The translations under genes and the position numbers were made by a program. DNA of 64,000 bases, taken from contig CAJFTG010000002.1 of the NCBI GenBank assembly GCA_904419875.1, forward strand, positions 24,039-88,038, in the 5' to 3' direction. The notes under the pieces were generated by a model. It worked only from the letters and a program-made list of their open reading frames with translations. It was not told the DNA's origin and ran no database searches. The stretch is from Candidatus Avimonas caecicola. GTDB taxonomy: Bacteria; Bacillota; Clostridia; Oscillospirales; Acutalibacteraceae. Within the stretch, counting starts at the first letter, position 1. Every line of letters begins with the position of its first letter. Of the stretch, positions 62,119 to 64,000 are shown one piece after another.

Positions 62119-64000
62119 TTATTCCCCGTCCATCTCTGCGTCCGCCTTTGCGGCCGCCGGTTCCTCCCCGGCCGGCCCGGCCTCCTCTTCCTCCTCATGC
62201 GGCGCGCGGGCCAGGGACACGATGCGCGCCCCTTCGTCCACCCGCATCACCCGCACGCCCTTGGAGGGGCGGCGGCAGAGCCGCACCTCGTCCGCGCTCA
62301 TGCGGATAATCACGCCGTCCGTGGCGATGAGGATGATGTCGTCCCCCTCGTCCACGACCTTGATGGCCGCCACGTCGCCGAACTGCTCGGTGTGGTAATT
62401 AATCAAGCCCTTGCCGCCGCGGGACTGGAGGCGGTAGTCCGCCAGCTCGCTCCGCCGCCCGTATCCGGTCTCGGAGACGGTCAGAAGCAGGCCGCCCTCG
62501 CGGCAGACCGACATGCCGATCACTTCGTCCCCTTCCTCCAGGGTGATCGCCTTCACGCCGCGGGCGGTGCGGCCCACCACACGGGCGTCGTTTTCATCAA
62601 AACGGATGGCCATGCCTTTGCGGGTGCCCACCACCAGCGTCTGATAGCCGTCGGTCATCCGCACCCAGGCAAGCTCGTCCCCCTCGTCCAGGTCAATGGC
62701 GATCAGGCCGCTTTTGCGGGCGTTGGAGTAAGCGTCCAGCCGGGTGCGCTTGATGATGCCCTTGCGGGTGACCATGCACAGGTATTTGTCCCCTTCGAAT
62801 TCGGAAACCCGAATCATCGCGGTCACCTTTTCCTCCGGCGACAGGGGCAGGAGGTTGACCACGTTCATCCCCTTGGCGGTTCGGCCGCCCTCCGGCACCT
62901 CATAGCACTTGAGGCGGTACACCCGGCCCATGGAGGTGAAGAACATCACGTAATCGTGGCTGGAACAGATAAACATGGTTTCGGCAAAGTCCTCGTCCCG
63001 GGTGGCCATGCCCATGATCCCGCGGCCGCCGCGCCGCTGGGACTTGTACACGTCCACCGCCTGCCGCTTGATGTAGCCGAAGCGGGTCAGGGTGAGCACG
63101 CAGTCCTCCACCGGGATCAGGTCCTCGATATCCACCTCGCCCGAAACGGCGGAGATGTCGGTGCGGCGTTCGTCGCCGTATTTGTCCCGCATCTTCAGGC
63201 ACTCGTCCTTGACGATCTCCTTGATTTTATGATCGTCCGCCAGGATTCCCTCCAGCTCCGCAATCCGCAGGTGCAGCGCGCTAAGTTCATCCTCGATCTT
63301 CTGCCGCTCCAGGCCGGAGAGCTGCCCCAGGCGCATCTTCACAATCGCGTCGGCCTGCAAATCGTCGAAGGAAAAGCGCTCCATCAGGCGTTCCTTGGCC
63401 TCCGGCGTGTCCTTGGAAGAGCGGATGATGGCGATGACTTCGTCGATGAAATCGCTGGCCACCTTAAGCGCTTCCCAGATATGGGCGCGCTCCTTGGCCT
63501 TGCGCAGCTCGAACAGGGTGCGGCGGGTAATCACGTCGCACTGGAATTTAATGTATTCCTCCAGCATCTGCTTGAGGGTGAGGATGCGGGGCACCCCGTC
63601 CACCAGGGCGAGCATGATTACGCCGAAGGTGGTCTGCATCTGCGTATAGGTGAACAGCTGGTTGAGCACCACCTGGGGATTGGCGTCCTTTTTCAGGTCG
63701 ATGACCACCCGCATCCCCTCGCGGCTGGAATGGTCCACCACGTCGGCGATGCCGTCCACCCGCTTCTCGTCCGACAGCTCAATGATCGATTTGACCAGGT
63801 TCAACTTGTTCACCTGATAGGGGATCTCAGTAATCACGATGCGGTAGCGGCCGTTATGGTGCTCCTCGATCTCGGTGCGGGCCCGCACGATGATCCGGCC
63901 CCGGCCGGTCGCATACGCCGCGCGGATGCCGGCATACCCCATGATTACGCCGCCGGTCGGGAAATCCGGCCCCTTGATCCGGTCCATGATCTCGGCCATG
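62119..64000 (-). CDS. gyrA: DNA gyrase subunit A, C-terminal ~626 aa (5' end beyond window)
   Basis: ...GPDFPTGG..., a coiled-coil tower region, and then GyrA C-terminal beta-pinwheel repeats (QRRGGRGI GyrA-box-like motif). The frame is open to the window edge. Confidence 0.93.
   Translation of the reverse strand, partial: MAEIMDRIKGPDFPTGGVIMGYAGIRAAYATGRGRIIVRARTEIEEHHNGRYRIVITEIPYQVNKLNLVKSIIELSDEKRVDGIADVVDHSSREGMRVVIDLKKDANPQVVLNQLFTYTQMQTTFGVIMLALVDGVPRILTLKQMLEEYIKFQCDVITRRTLFELRKAKERAHIWEALKVASDFIDEVIAIIRSSKDTPEAKERLMERFSFDDLQADAIVKMRLGQLSGLERQKIEDELSALHLRIAELEGILADDHKIKEIVKDECLKMRDKYGDERRTDISAVSGEVDIEDLIPVEDCVLTLTRFGYIKRQAVDVYKSQRRGGRGIMGMATRDEDFAETMFICSSHDYVMFFTSMGRVYRLKCYEVPEGGRTAKGMNVVNLLPLSPEEKVTAMIRVSEFEGDKYLCMVTRKGIIKRTRLDAYSNARKSGLIAIDLDEGDELAWVRMTDGYQTLVVGTRKGMAIRFDENDARVVGRTARGVKAITLEEGDEVIGMSVCREGGLLLTVSETGYGRRSELADYRLQSRGGKGLINYHTEQFGDVAAIKVVDEGDDIILIATDGVIIRMSADEVRLCRRPSKGVRVMRVDEGARIVSLARAPHEEEEEAGPAGEEPAAAKADAEMDGE

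Noticed and set aside
1-64000. Mobile elements, prophage, defence systems, and tRNA/rRNA genes.
   Set aside because: I saw no transposase, integrase, recombinase, restriction-modification, toxin-antitoxin or Cas-like translations in any frame, and no tRNA-like or rRNA-like sequence by eye. The T-loop-like GGTTCGAAGC at about 46066 lacks the rest of a tRNA.

Overview
High-GC (about two-thirds G+C by eye) chromosomal segment from a spore-forming Firmicute, probably a Clostridial/Oscillospiraceae-type genome, since spoVAEB and CotF-like genes are present. I support about 47 protein-coding genes. I recognised no rRNA, tRNA, CRISPR array, transposase or phage gene.

The left half (1-29.2 kb) is a large accessory glycan-utilisation region:
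- A plus-strand set: surface protein, orphan permease, SBP (ABC substrate-binding protein) and a DUF4838-like lipoprotein.
- A tightly packed ten-gene minus-strand operon of about 16.5 kb: two SBPs (one of about 970 aa with CBM (carbohydrate-binding module)-like modules), two permease pairs, an NHL-TPR-Yip1 fusion protein, a DUF5696-like protein and two CBM-type surface proteins. No ATPase gene is present.
- A LacI regulator.
- A divergent operon with a GH172 (DUF2961) protein and two tandem DUF4185-like/discoidin lipoproteins.

The right half is mostly housekeeping:
- CotF-like pair, ECF sigma/anti-sigma, GNAT, spoVAEB, purine permease and tex.
- pgk-tpiA-AIM24-gpmI, MscS and a TetR-controlled GT4/acyltransferase fusion.
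- A ybaK / acyl-ACP thioesterase / unknown operon.
- The origin-proximal block gyrA...yebC-mnmE-mnmG-rsmG-noc-GNAT-soj-spo0J, with two identical parS sites.

Intergenic regions are unusually long. They contain near-consensus sigma-A promoters far from their start codons, strand-asymmetric polypurine/polypyrimidine blocks, short 9-12-bp tandem repeats, and a 1.35-kb stretch with no convincing gene.

Many long ORFs in the track are antisense shadow ORFs caused by the high GC content, and I rejected them.
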